From contig CM069147.1 of the NCBI GenBank assembly GCA_035221665.1, forward strand, positions 25,420,001 through 25,484,000: a DNA stretch of 64,000 nt. Direction: 5' to 3'. Positions 35,697 through 49,227 of the stretch are shown in pieces (position 1 is the stretch's first letter; each line of letters starts with the position of its first letter). The translations under genes and the position numbers were made by a program. Under the pieces are notes generated by a model, which was not told the DNA's origin, did no database searches, and was given only the letters and a program-made list of their open reading frames with translations. The DNA comes from Okamejei kenojei (taxonomy: Eukaryota).

Positions 35697-38600
35697 ATAA
35701 AATAGTAAGATTAAATGAGAACTTACCAGTTCGAAGTTTGATCTGTATTTTATGAGGAGTTACGATGAGGGATTACGTGAAGACCCCGTTCAGCACGCAT
35801 GCACGACATTCTTCAAAGCAGCGGTGTGGATTCACAGAAAAAACATGATTGAAATAAATATAGTAAAGAAAAAATAAGAACTTAATTACCAGTTGATCTG
35901 TATAATAGAGGGTGGGAGCGGAGGAAACGTAATCCCTCATCATGACTCTTCATAAAATACAGATCATACTTCGAACTGGTAAATTCTCATTTAATCTTAC
36001 TATTTTATTTCGGAGTCATGAGAGTGACTACGTGAAGACTTCAAAGCTCTGTGATGCCGAACTGTGTACCAGCTCATGCTTCACTCACTGTCTGAAGACC
36101 TTTGAGGAAGGAAGTATGTTATCACAATCAACAATAACCTGTTTGTGAACAAAAACGGTTTATTAATAACAACAAAAAACAGAGAGCTCCCCCGGGCTTA
36201 AATGAAATATTATCTGCAGACATAAATTTCTGCCTGCAAATGGAGCAGGTTCTGCCAGCGGCTTATTATAAAATCTTTGGAAAGTTCTTTCCGAGGACCA
36301 TCCTGCTCTGGTCCATAGGCACGTCCATTCACCTAGCCGCCGACGTGGATGCAGCCCTGGTGGAATGAGATTTGTAAACATTAGTGTTGATTCCCGTAGA
36401 CTTAAGCACCTGCTTGAGCCACCTTGAAATGGTTTGGCTCGTCACCTGACCATGGAGCTTCTTGTGGCTTATCCATAAGGCTTTTTCTCTCCCTCTTAAG
36501 TTGTATGTTCTGTCTATGTAAATGGCGAGATGGGTCTTGGCACACAGCCGTGGGTCAGATGAATATGCCTGGAACTCCATAACTGGAGGCGTGGTTCCTG
36601 GTCTAGTTTGTTTGACCAGACCCCGAATATGGAATGTGATACAGTCCAATGACTCTGTCATGCTGTCCAGCCTCAGAAGGTGGAGGGACTGTACCCTTTG
36701 TGCTGACACTAGTGCCATGAGCATGACTGATTTCAGGGTAAGTTGTTCCAGCATGAGTGACCTGGGTGGTGGCCATCCTCTAAGGTACGTCAGCACAATG
36801 CTGACATCCCAGATCTGAGTGAACCTTGGTCTGGGGGAATTAGTGTTAAAAATACCCCTCATGAGTTTGACCACCAGTGGATGGGACCCCCAAAGCCTGT
36901 TGTCCTGCTGCTGGAACCAAATAAGCTGACAACGCACTCCTAGCTGTATTGATGGCCATCCCGTTGTAATCCAACCAGGAACTCCACAACACTGGTAGCT
37001 GTTGCTGTTGAGTAGGTAGTTCCTGTTTTGGAGCAATACCGTTCCCATTTCCTTATGTTGGTCAGGTATTGTCTCCTGGTGTACTCCCGGTGGGATGCGG
37101 TCATCATGTTGATGGTGTCCTCGGACAGTCCCAGGCCCAGTAGAGGTCTTTTTAGAATCTGCAAGCCAGGAGATTGACTCTGTCAAGGCACGGGTGACTA
37201 ATGTCTGACACTGGGTGGATTAATAATTCTGGACTGCTGGGGAATTCCAACGATGTTTCGACAGCCATGTCGAGGGCCATTGGGAACCATAGCTGTGTAG
37301 GCCAGTCGGGTATTATCAAGATTCCTGAAGCAGAATCCAATTGAATCTTGCATAATACCCAACTGATGAGGCAGAAGGGAGGAAACGCATAGAAGAACAT
37401 TTTCCCCCAATGCAGCGTGAATGCATCAACTGCTGCTGCCTCAGGGTCTGGTTCCCAAGCGACATGCGTTGGTACCTGGTGATTCAGCCTAGATGCAAAT
37501 AGATCGATATCTGGTGTGCCATATTGCTTTGTAATTTCAGCAAATACTTTGGGATTTAACATCCATTCGATGTTATCGTTAAATTTGCGTGACCTGGTGT
37601 CTGCCACTGTATTTTGCTTACCTGGTAGGTAAGTTGCTGATAACCAAATATGTCTTTCGACACACCATTGCCAGATTAGGTTGACCAAATTGTCACATGA
37701 TATCGACTTTACATCACCCATGTAGTTGATACAAGCCACCACCGTGGTATTATCTAATTGCAACCGGACATGTGGGTGATACGTATTAGATGAATATGCT
37801 TTTAAACCATAAAACGCACCCAACATTTCTAAGTAGTTAATACCCCGTGTCTGTAGGCAAGATGATTCAAAATTAGTCCATCTGCCCCCTGTGCTGGATT
37901 GCATGTTAGTTGCTCCCCAGCCCAAAGCACTGGCATCCATTTGAATGGTTAATACTGGATTGGTGTTTATTATGGGACTGGAGCTAAGCCTAATGTTCCT
38001 TGTCCACCATTGTAACTCTAGAATGGATTCAGCAGTTAAATTCATAACTCGGTCAAAGTGACCTGCGTTTTTCTTTAGTGCGTGCACTTTTGCTCTTTGT
38101 AAATTTTGATAGTGCAGAGGCCCAAATTGTACAGCTGGAAGGGCTGCTACCATTTTCCCAATGGCACTAGCTACCTGCCGTATGGTTGGCTGATGATTAA
38201 CCATTAGTTTGTTGCATGATTGTGCCAACTCTGATGCTTTCCCCTTTGGCAGAGTTACAGTGATGTGAATAGTATCAATCGTAAATCCAAGATGGTTGTG
38301 GACGGTGTCAAATTGGATTTATCTGGATGTATGACAAACCACAAAGTTTCAAACAAGCGTTTGGTGGCTGCTACTGCCGAAATGGCTGTCTCCAAGGTTT
38401 TCCCTACTATTAAAATGTCGTCTAAGTACGCCATGACTATATGCTTTTGTTTCCTCAATAATGCCAAGGCAGGTTTTAAGATTTTTGTGAACTACCTTGG
38501 AGCTGTGGTTAGCCCATTTGGTAAGGCTTTAAATTGCCATAGCTGTTTCATCCAGATAAACTTTAGGTATTTACGATGCTCCTTGTGTATGGGCACTGAG

Positions 38601-40279
38601 TATTAGGCATCTTTTAAATCAATGCTTGCCAGAAAGTACCCTCTAGAAATCAATTGTTTGGCTGTTTCAAAAGTTTCCATCTTGAAATGTATATACTTAA
38701 TAGATTCGTTTAAAGAAGTTAAGTCAATGATGATGCGACATCCACCGTCTTTTTTAGTTTTAGTGAAAATATTAGACACAAATTCCAAAGGTTCATGTTT
38801 TGTTCTTTCAATTACAACTTTTGCTAGTAGCCTCTGAAGCTAGTTCAGCTTGACCCTCTTGTTTCTCTTTGACTGAGAGGGTGAATACCCTTTGGGGTAT
38901 ATGCTGAACTGGCAGCATGTTTTCATTAACGAAGTCAATTTTATAGCCATGAATGCTGCTGAGTATATATTTGTCATTAGTGATAGACTCCCATGCATCC
39001 AAAAACAAGTGCAATCTCCCCCCTGTTAGTATAGAGCCCCTACTGCTCATATGCTGAGAGGAACCAGACCCACCTACCTCCATGGTTACTGGTGCTTCTT
39101 CTGCCTCTTCATTGGACGATGAGGTGTCTGCTGGGCTGTAGAGGGCTGCTGTTGATGTTGATGTTGCTGTTGATGTTGATGTTGGGGGTGACGCATTTTC
39201 CATGGGGTCCGCTCTGGGCCCTGGCCTAAAAAAGGCTTATGGGGAATGGTTGCGGACCCCGAGCTTTCACAAGTCCCATATGGTAGTCGGTGACTGGTGG
39301 ACGCTGTGGGGTACTGCCACCTGGGTTTGTTAGGTCTGCTCGGTCCCAAACCTGCTGTCAGGAGTTTTAAGGTTTTCTGGAGCTTCAACTCCAGGTTCCT
39401 GATATTCTGCCCCAAATGTCCCCAAATTTGGCTGTTTACAGCTGGTACATTCAGTGATGTTCAATTTTCTGGGGCTGAATAGAATTCAACAGCCTCATTG
39501 ACCACCCATTCTTGTAGGGGTTTTGAGGACAGGTGGTCAATGCTGGCTGCACGTTTCGGCTCTAAAGGCTGACCCGCTCGTGGAGTGGCCACTTGGTGGT
39601 TGACCACACCCAGCAGCTCTTCCTGATCCTGTACACCCTGCATACTCCGGACATCTTCAGCCAGCGACCCCTCTTCTTGACCAGCCCAGACCTGGTCGCC
39701 AATACTGCCTTCAATAGAAGGTGAAGCAATGGCCAGTGCCGTAAAGGGCACTGCGGGAGTGCCTGAGCTCCCTTGGCGAGTCTGCTGCTGCTCTCTCAGT
39801 AGATCTCGCTGGAGCAATTGCTCCATAAGCCGTTCCATTCGGCTTAGGCGGTTGCCTTTGCCACTCTTGAACAGTGAGGTATCTTCATCCGAATCGTCGG
39901 ATACTACCGCCCGGTTCTGGCTGCAGGTACCTTCAGCCCGCTGTTCAGGCTGCACTAGCGGTGCTGTGCTTGGCTCAGTAGTCAATCCTGCCACCTCTCG
40001 CCCCCGCTCCAAAGAACGCTCCTCAGCGGGAGACGAACGGGGGCGAGCTACAGATTTCTTTCCTCTGGTCTTGCTCATTCTTTCTGGAACACAAAGCAGA
40101 GCACAGAGAAAATACACACGGCCACGGTAAAACACTTACCTGTCGGCCCGACTTTCAAATTGTAGCGGGAGAGCCTTGAACTCCCGTTCATCGCGGGTGC
40201 ACTGCATGAACGCTAATGTCACGCATGCATGCTGGACGGGGTCTTCACGTAGTCACTCACGTGACTCCAAAATAAAATA
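35697..40279 (-). mobile_element. DIRS1-like retrotransposon 2, full-length, inserted antisense in the RT of element 1
   Basis: gag-like 40135-39086; RT (AYLDD), RNaseH and DLFAS..YAFPPF 39085-37152; YR 37186-36230 (HSTRAAS); ICR ~35929-36040; ITRs ~40215-40272 and ~35704-35810. Confidence 0.93.
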
Positions 40280-42372
40280 ACATCAAATGTGTTTATACTG
40301 CAGAATATTCAAGGCTTTAAAATTGAATGTATTCCCAACCTGTGTCCACCCACCCAAAACGGACACTCATCTTCTCACGACCAGAGAATTTGATGATCCA
40401 AGCTGAAATAGCAAAATTATGCCTGAAGGGGATAATTGAGAAAACAATTTATCAAACTCATCAATTCGTGTCTAATGTGTTTCCTAAACCAAAGAAGGAT
40501 GGTGGGTGTCGGATTATTTTGGACCTAACAGGATTTAATCCATTTGTGCAGTATCAGCATTTAAAAATGGAAACATTTGCTACTGTCAAGCTATTGCTTT
40601 CCAGGGGGCGTTATATGGCATGTATAGATCTCCAGGATGCGTATTATGCAGTGCCTGTTCATAAAGACTATCGCAGATATTTGAAATTTAGCTGGATGGG
40701 ACAATTGTGGCAATTCGACCTCTACCTAATGGATTGACCTCAGCCCCTCGCCTATTTACAAAGCTGCTAAAACCAGTACTTGGGTTATTATGGTCACAAG
40801 GTCATATTGTCATGGCCTATTTGGATGACATTTTAATCATTGGAAACACCTTGGACGCAGCCGAGTTATCAGTTTCAGATGTTCAACTCATGATGCAGAG
40901 GCTAGGTTTCATTGTCCATCCAGTTAAATCAAAATTGGTGCAGGTTAACCTAATTGACTATCTGGGATTCACAGTTAATTCCAATCACATATCTGAGACT
41001 CTGCCCCAGGGCAAGAGAGTAGATTTAATTGAAGGCTGTATCAAGCTCTTTAGGGAGCAATCACCCTCAATTAAACAGGTCGCCAGCGTAATTGGTAAAT
41101 TGTTAGCAGCCTTTCCAGCAGCCCAATATGGACCTTTGCACTAGCAACATTTACTGAGGGCAAAGGTATAGGCACTGAGAATACATGCAAGTCATTACAA
41201 TCGGCCCATGCACTTACCATCTGAAGCCATTGCAGAAGTACAGTGGTGGATTAGAAACATATTAAATTGTTATGGCACAATTTTGGCTGAAGCACCTTCA
41301 CTTATTTTACAGACTGATGTTAGTGCCCTCGGTTGGGGTGCTACTGATACCAGGTCTAGATGTGGAGGCAGATGGGGTATGCATGAGGCACCGATTTTCC
41401 AATCACATGGAATAAATTATTTAGAACTTTTGGGAGCATTTTATGGGCTCAAAGCTTATTGTACCACTAAGCATCACTTACATGTTCAACTGCAGATTGA
41501 CAACACCACGGCAGTGGCGTATGTCAATCACATGGGTGGAACCAAGTCGAAATCTTGTGATGGATTGGCTAACATTATTTGGCACTGGTGCATTAAAAAG
41601 AATATTTGGATTTCAGCTGTCTACTTGCCAGGCAGACTTAATATAGTGGCGGACACCAGGTCACGTAAATTCAACGACAACACTGAGTGGACGTTGAATC
41701 AGGATGTATTTGATGAAATTGTCCTTCGGTATGGGATGCCAGATATCGATTTGTTTGCATACAGACATATTCACCAGGTACCAAAGTATGTTTCATGGGA
41801 ACCAGACCCAGGGGCAGTGGTGGTTAATGTGCTCTCACTGTACTGGAGCGGAATGTTTTTATATGCCTTTCTCCCCTTCTGCCTCATCAGTCGGTGCCTG
41901 ACCAAGATCAAGCAGGACTCTGCTACAGGGGTTTTGGTACTACCAACTGGCCTACACAGCCATGGTTCCCGCTCATCTCTGGCATAATCACGCACTGTAT
42001 TATGGTGGTTCCAAAATATATTGGTGCACCCTGTGACTGGGGATCCACACCCATTGAATGACCGAGTAAATTTGTTGATTTGCAGATTTTAAGAAGGCCG
42101 TACCTGGGTCTGGGACTCTCCAATCAGACTGTGGATATCATCACGTCATCCTGGAGCGATAGTACAAAAAGGCAGTACATCTCCCACATCAGGAAATTGA
42201 AGGAATTTTGCTTATATGGAAACATTACTTACCACACAGCCTCCATCCCAAATGTGCTAGAATTCCTATCCCAGTTACATTTCAATGAAGGGTTGAGTTA
42301 TAGTGTCATCAACAGTGCCAGGAGTGCCTGAGCCAGGGGTCAGGATTCCAGCTGCTAGGGTCACATCCGTTA

Positions 42373-44525
42373 TTATTACCCATATCACCCATCTGAGGTA
42401 TGCTTTTACGAAATTGTATTCCCTTCGTTTTTACTGCCAGCAGCGCTAACAGGGGAATATTTTCTTATATTCCCCTTTCTAGCGAACGCCTATGGACTTT
42501 ACCTGTTCAAAACTCTTTAGATTCTGGAGTAGTTCCTGAGGATTGGCGGGTAGCAAATGTAACCCCTCTTTTTAAGAAGGGAGGGAGAGAGAAAACGGGG
42601 AATTACAGACCAGTTAGTCTAACATCGGTAGTGGGGAAACTGCTAGAGTCAGTTATTAAAGATGGATAGCAGCACATTTGGAAAGTGGTGAAATCATTGG
42701 ACAAAGTCAGCATGGATTTACAAAAGGTAAATCATGTCTGACGAATCTTGTGGAATTTTTCGAGGATGTAACTAGTAGCGTGGATAAGGGAGAACAGTGG
42801 ATGTGGTATATCTGGACTTCCAGAAGGCTTTCGACAAGGTCCCACATAAGAGATTAGTATACAAACTTAAAGCATACGGTATTAGGGGTTCAGTATTGAT
42901 GTGGATAGAGAACTGGCTGGCAAACAGGAAGCAAAGAGTAGGAGTAAACGGGTCCTTTTCACAATGGCAGGCAGTAACTAGTGGGGTACCGCAGGGCTCA
43001 GTGCTGGGACCCCAGCTATTTACAATATATATTAATGATCTGGATGAGGGAATTGAAGGCAATATCTCCAAGTTTGCGGATGACACTAAGCTGGGGGGCA
43101 GTGTTCGCTGTGAGGAGGATGCTGGGAGACTGCAAGGTGACTTGGATAGGCTGGGTGAGTGGGCAAATGTTTGGCAGATGCAGTATAATGTGGATAAATG
43201 TGAGGTTATCCACTTTGGTGGCAAAAACAGGAAAGCAGACTATTATTTAAATGGTGGCCGATTAGGAAAAGGGGAGATGCAGCGAGACCTGGGTGTCATG
43301 GTACACCAGTCATTGAAGTAGGCATGCAGGTGCAACAGGCAGTGAAAAAAGCGAATGGTATGTTAGCTTTCATAGCAAAAGGATTTGAGTACAGGAGCAG
43401 GGAGGTTCTACTTCAGTTGTACAGGGTCTTGGTGAGACCACACCTGGAGTATTGCGTGCAGTTTTGGTCTCCAAATCTGAGGAAGGACATTATTGCCATA
43501 GAGGGAGTGCAGAGAAGGTTCACCAGACTGATTCCTGGGATGTCAGGACTGTCTTATGAAGAAAGACTGGATAGACTCGGTTTATACTCTCTGGAATTTA
43601 GGAGATTAAGAGGGGATCTTATAGAAACTTACAAAATTCTTAAGGGGTTGGACAGGCTAAATGCAGGAAGATTGTTCCCGATGTTGGGGAACTCCAGGAC
43701 AAGGGGGCACAGCTTAAGGATAAGGGGAAATCCTTTAAGACCGAGATGAGAAAGACTTTCTTCACACAGAGAGTGGTGAGTCTCTGGAACTCTCTGCCAC
43801 AGAGGGTAGTTGAGGCCAGTTCATTGGCTATATTTAAGAGTGAGTTGGATGTGGCCCTTGTGGCTAAGGGGATCAGAGGGTATGGAGAGAAGGCAGGTAC
43901 GGGATACTGAGTTGGATGATCAGCCATGATCATATTGAATGGCGGTGCAGGCTCGAAGGGCTGAATGGCCTACTCCTGCACCTAATTTCTATGTTTCTAT
44001 GTTTCTATGTAAACAGCGGGAATATAGTCTTATATTCCTGGTCTCACATCCGGGAACTTGGCAAGGTGATGGCAACGTGACGGCAACATGACGCTGCGTG
44101 CGAAATTTAAAATTTATTCTCAAAACAAACGAAATGGCAGCCGGTGCGAGAAGAGGTTCGCGATTTAAAAGTTTGACCTTCACATTGTCACATAAATGAA
44201 TTACATAAATTACATAAATGAAACATAAATGTTACATTGTTTTAGTACCCTTATTTACAATGTTGCAACGGTTTTAGTACCTTATTTACAATGTTGCAAT
44301 GCCTATTGCAAAATGTATAGATACATTCATATCATATGAGATGTTCAGATTTTCCTCTAGATGTCTGATAATGGGTAATAATAACAATATTGACTGTCCT
44401 CTTTCGGGAGATACGACATATATTGCCCTCACTAGATCCATATTGCCCTCGTCTTCGACTCGGGCAATATGAATCTACTTCAGGCAATATATGTCGTATC
44501 TGCCTCAAGGCCAGTCAATATTCTA
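42373..44525. mobile_element. Non-coding insertion with an asymmetric inverted repeat and terminal hairpin (contains a CR1); class uncertain
   Basis: Splits the YR frame GSHPL|ISRFMKG with a TTA duplication; ~135-bp hairpin at 44386-44522. Confidence 0.65.
42507..44010 (+). mobile_element. Relatively young CR1 (HER1-like) LINE, 5'-truncated
   Basis: RT ORFs 42797-43321 and 43324-43749; (ttctatgt)n tail. Confidence 0.93.
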
Positions 44526-45716
44526 TTAATATCCAGATTCATGAAGGGTGTGTTTAATTCTAATCCTCCTAGGTCTAGGTACTCTGAAATTTGGAATGTG
44601 AGCATGGTACTCACGGTGCTCCGTCAACGGGGAACAGCCACATCATTGTCCTTACCAAGGATCACCCTCAAGTTCGTTATGCTCATGGCACTTACATCAG
44701 CGCAAAGGGTTCAGACTCTCCACAAACTGCATCTGGATAGGATGGGTCATCATAGAATGGCATTACCTTTCACATCTATGACTTACTCAAACAGAGCAGA
44801 CCAGGGGTGTCCGGATACAGGCTTGTATTGTCAGCTTATCCCACAGATTCCCGGCTGTGTGTAGTGGCGCATTTGAAGCGTTATATTGACATCACAAAGA
44901 GCCTCAGAGGCTCTGAGGTAGCACTGTTTGTAAGCCACAAAAAGCCACATAGGCAAGTGTCATCTCAGAAGATCTCACGGTGGATGAAGCAAGTCCTGGG
45001 GTTAAAACAGATTTTTTTTAAATCTCACTCCACCAGGGCGGCATCAACATCAGCGGCGAGGGCAATGGACATCCCTCTAGACCACATCCTCGCGGCCGCA
45101 GGATGGTCAAATGAATCGACTTTTCCGAGGTTCTACAACAAGCCCCCTGTTGAATCCGGGGTGTTCGCCCACTCTGTGTTAAATTTTGCTTCATAGCTTC
45201 TCCCTGGGAGGGAGTAGTCGCTATTGTATTATTTTTGTTATTTGCGAATTAAAGCATTAACATGTTAATCAATATCATGAATCAATGTTGTTATGAATTC
45301 ACTCCTCCTGAGTCAACTGCTTGCAGTGTGATATGCCTGGATTGGGATCGGGGTGAAATCACAGACCTTTAAAGTCTTCACGGAATCACTCACGTGACTC
45401 CGAAGTAAAATAGTAAGATTAAACGAGAACTTACCAGTTTGAAGTTTGAACTTTATTTTATGAGGAGTTACGATGAGCGATTGCCTGCCCACCGCTCTCA
45501 ACCCTCATATCACGAAGCTCATCTTGTAGTTCTAAAGTGATAATCTTACTATTATTGAATACTTCAATTGTTGTTCTTCTGTAATTTCACACCTGCTTTG
45601 AAGATTGACGCGCATGGCGACTGGCGGGGTTCTTCTTCACGTAATCGCTCATCGTAACTCCTCATAAAATAAAGATCAAACTTCAAACTGGTAAGTTCTC
45701 GTTTAATCTTACTATT

Positions 45717-45800
45717 ATACCTTCCTAACATATTTGATCCATTATCATAAGCTTGTCCAATGGAGACTTGACAATCCAACTTAAAATATCGCCACATTGC
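45717..45800 (-). pseudogene. hAT transposase remnant, N-terminal to the DIRS insertion
   Basis: GQAYDNGSNMLGRYN, which joins in frame to GVH... at 34255. Confidence 0.8.
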
Positions 45801-48325
45801 CGCGCTACAGTCACGAAAGGAGTGACGTGCTTCATCGTCCGACAATCCAACCTTCAAAAACGGTTCACGCCCTGTGATCACTTGCTGCAGAATGTTGACC
45901 GTAAGCATACATTGATGCAAACAGGATGAAAATTGTTTTGTTTTCATCCCATGCCCTGGCGGGAGAAAGGTTTCGGGCATTATTCTTAAATCCAGTGGCT
46001 TACTGAAAATAGTCAATATGAGTCTACAGGATGCACGAGGGTATTATTGTACCATTAACCGCCGGGGCACTTTAGTTGGCAACGGTACCGGGACGACTTT
46101 AGTTGTGATGGGTAGATATATTTAAATGTGTTAGGAATGCGATTTCGCGACTGTGATATTACCCCGCAAGTAAGGTCGTTGTTCAGATTTGAATCATTTA
46201 TGCAGCCATATGAATATCATAAGTATTTCAAATTGTAAATCATACCATAGATGGTCTGCATGCTGAAAGGTATAAAGAAGATGTATCGGAAGATGTATCG
46301 GAAGTTTATTTCCAAAGTACAGCATAACACATTTCATTGTAAAATTGTAGTGGCCGTTGTGACTACGGAAAAGACATGTGCAACTATCGTAGTGGGTGAC
46401 CGCCTATGATATACCAGTTCCCCTGTCATTTCCCCCTCTATGAAATGACACCACAGTACAACTAACTTTTCCACTATGTCCATAACCCAGATGATATCTG
46501 TTATTCACAGGATATCTACTTCGTTTAGTTAAGCCATATGCCTTCTAAAGAGGATTTGAGAGCCCCGTTGTGACATTGGGGATGAATGAATGCGGAGATC
46601 CGATCGCGTTATCAATTTTTTCTTGTTCATTCTAGTCGGCGGCGTGAATGTAATTGGAAAAAAACACACATTCATATTGAGGAATGACTCATTTCCATCA
46701 TATTTCAATTGAAACATTTGCATGTGGTTAAAGGGAAGAATTTGTCCTACTGTTTAATGTGTTTCATCAATCAATTAACTTGATCAATCAACTGACCTGA
46801 GGGGAAATTTCAGATTCGGAAGCTCACAGCAATCCAAGAAAAGGAAACGCGGTATTTAATCATTTAATATGTCTGCAATATGTCGAGGCAATGCGTTTCC
46901 GTGGAATATTTAATTGAAAAATACGGCAGCCAAACGTGTCACTATCCCGAGTATTTTGCAGTCACTAGCATGCATTTCACAAAACGGATTGGCAGAAGCA
47001 GAAGTACTTGCTGATTTCTATTAAATTGCTTACACCCATTACAATCAACGGTATCTTCTGTCAACCTGACATCAGTTAACACAAAAACGAATGGTGATTA
47101 AGCGGCCCTTTCCGAACAATTCAGTTGTCATCTTCTGTAGTAGTATTTATTTTGAAATGTAAGAATAAATTCCAAGAATTTATGAATCAATCAAAAATAA
47201 AACCCAAGATGATCCCGCCATAAAAACACGCATTTTTGTGCGATTCGTATTGTGGCAATTTGAGAATTAGAATTACACCGCCGTCCTCGGCTTCTGAGTT
47301 ACAAATAACTTTTATAGCTCTGAAATGTTAGGATCATATTCTTTCAACAACCGGAACATTCCGTATTCAACATTCGCAGCGTCAGTGGAGAGATAATGAA
47401 AATAAAAAAGCTTCAGGTCTAATTCTCAATAGCAAAATGACAAAGAGGGAAAGGAGCTTAGTTTCAAGTTGCAGAAAATTTGGGACGGCTAGAACCGCAA
47501 AGGGGACATTTCGAATAGGTCTGGAGCGCATAAATGCTGGAAAACATGCGACAGAAATGCAGGGAATATTCAGTGAATTTGACAGTCTGATTTGAGAATT
47601 AACAATATAGAGCAGACCTCTTCTGCTGCGGACAAGGAAGTCGAAGACTACAGTGCAGTCTTGGATCATGGGATAAAAGGTATTATTTCATGTCAGCAGA
47701 ATGGCGGATTTTGCCGCAGAATGATAGGGTCGGTAGGATGTCCTTGCAGAACAAATGTGACTAAACTAAACTAACAGTTTTGCTTTCTCCAGTGCTCCAG
47801 TTGTTGTCTCAGTTCTGACTATAGGCGCTGTCTGCTCTGCTCAATCGAATATACTAATTTCAACAAAAGAGGGCAGCTATTTAAAATCTAGTCGCATCGG
47901 AATTGCTTTTCACGGAAGGAGCTGAATCTCCTCTCCCTTATAAAGGTAGATTATTGAAAACATTTAATCGAATTACCGATATTTGATTTGAAAGATCAGG
48001 GGATGGAATGCTATGGGGAAATGGCATAGAAGGAGAATTGGAGGCAAGGGTGGATTAAGTACTTACTGAATGGCGAGGCAGCCTTGAGTGTTCAAATGGC
48101 ATATTCCCTGTTCCTAACGTTTAAGTTGTGCGGAAGATAGATACAAATAACTGGCGTAAGTCAGCGGGACAAGCAGCATCTCTGGAGAGAAGGGAAGGGT
48201 GACACTTCAAGGCGAGACCTTCAGACAGTTTTACTTCTTCAAACTAGCCATACCTTGGGGAGATTTCGCAGTGGAGCGGGCAAAATGTGTCAAAAAAGTA
48301 CTACAGATTATGGTTTAAATCGAAG

Positions 48326-48495
48326 GAAGACACAACATGCTGGAGTAACTCAGCGGGACAGGCAGCATCTCTGGAGAGAAGGAATTGTGACGTTTCAGGT
48401 CGAGACCCTTCTTCAGTCTCGACCCGAAACGTCACCCATTCCTTCTCTCTAGAGATGCTGCCTGTCCCGCTGAGTTATTCCAGCATTCTGTGTGT
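48326..48495. repeat. Inverted (palindromic) Penelope pLTR-derived repeat with hammerhead-like core
   Basis: Arms atgctggagtaactcagcgggacaggcagcatctct and agagatgctgcctgtcccgctgagttattccagcat; similar palindromes at 13610-13780 and 32240-32430. Confidence 0.75.
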
Positions 48496-49175
48496 ATATT
48501 CAGTTGTATTTCTTGTTCTTTTGACTCCTACCGTTTTTCCCGAATCGAAAGCGATCTTTTATTTTAAATCCCGTGACAACGGAGAAATGGGGATGGCATT
48601 AAATTGGTCCCATCATCCAGGCGCTTTGATGGCGCTTTGCAAGTCATAAGGCAGTAAAATGTAGCAAAGGCTGGGCAAGGGGTGGAGGAGGCGGTGGCTG
48701 AACTGTTTCGAGAAAGGCTCCATGTACTTGCTTGATACTCCGTGATGACTTAGCTTGCTTAGCATCATGGCGTGTTGAATGGAAAGTATTGGCGCAATGA
48801 AAGCAGGGCGTATCTGCGACACGTCACTGTATTTTCACAAACGTCGACCTTGGATAGCATATTCGCGACGATCAGTACGAGCACATTGCTCAATAGATTG
48901 CATGGGGAAATGCGCAATGGCAGCAATTTCTAGCTGCATTGAATTTCTGTAGTTGTTCAGCAAATGCTTTGTGAAGTTTTCGGGAATGTGTGAGCAGCCA
49001 CTAACTTGACCTTTGATCCGCGTCAATACGCAGAGAAGCATCTCATGCATGGGATGATCATGAGCAGACTCACTTTCCGGCACACCCACTGAACCCAAGC
49101 ATACTCGCGGTGTTCCTCTCTCACTATTTATTCGACGCTTGTTTCAGTCGACTGTTCTGTGCAGTTTTGCCGTGC

Positions 49176-49227
49176 ATGATGACACGTGTCTTTCTGCAAT
49201 TGATTGTTCTTCACGTCAGCTATGCCG
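49176..49227 (+). CDS. Gene B exon 1, signal peptide MMTRVFLQLIVLHVSYA
   Basis: ATG, hydrophobic core, phase-1 donor G|gtatat; 160-nt intron, similar to gene A. Confidence 0.75.

Larger units (their letters stand above)
34256..45716 (+). mobile_element. DIRS1-like tyrosine-recombinase retrotransposon 1 (degenerate; hosts nested insertions)
   Basis: Left ITR ~34260-34316; gag-like 34866-35600; RT/RNaseH/methyltransferase-like 35602-35697 + 40280-41990 (AYLDD, DLFA); YR 42080-42372 + 44526-45196 (HSTRAAS); ICR ~45383-45482; right ITR and extension 45610-45716; ATT at both ends. Confidence 0.92.

Noticed and set aside
37152-38228. Methyltransferase-like motifs (DLFAS, YAFPPF) and nearby tyrosine recombinase as a phage or bacterial insertion
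   Set aside because: These are standard domains of DIRS1 retrotransposons, and the ITR/ICR structure confirms the DIRS identity.
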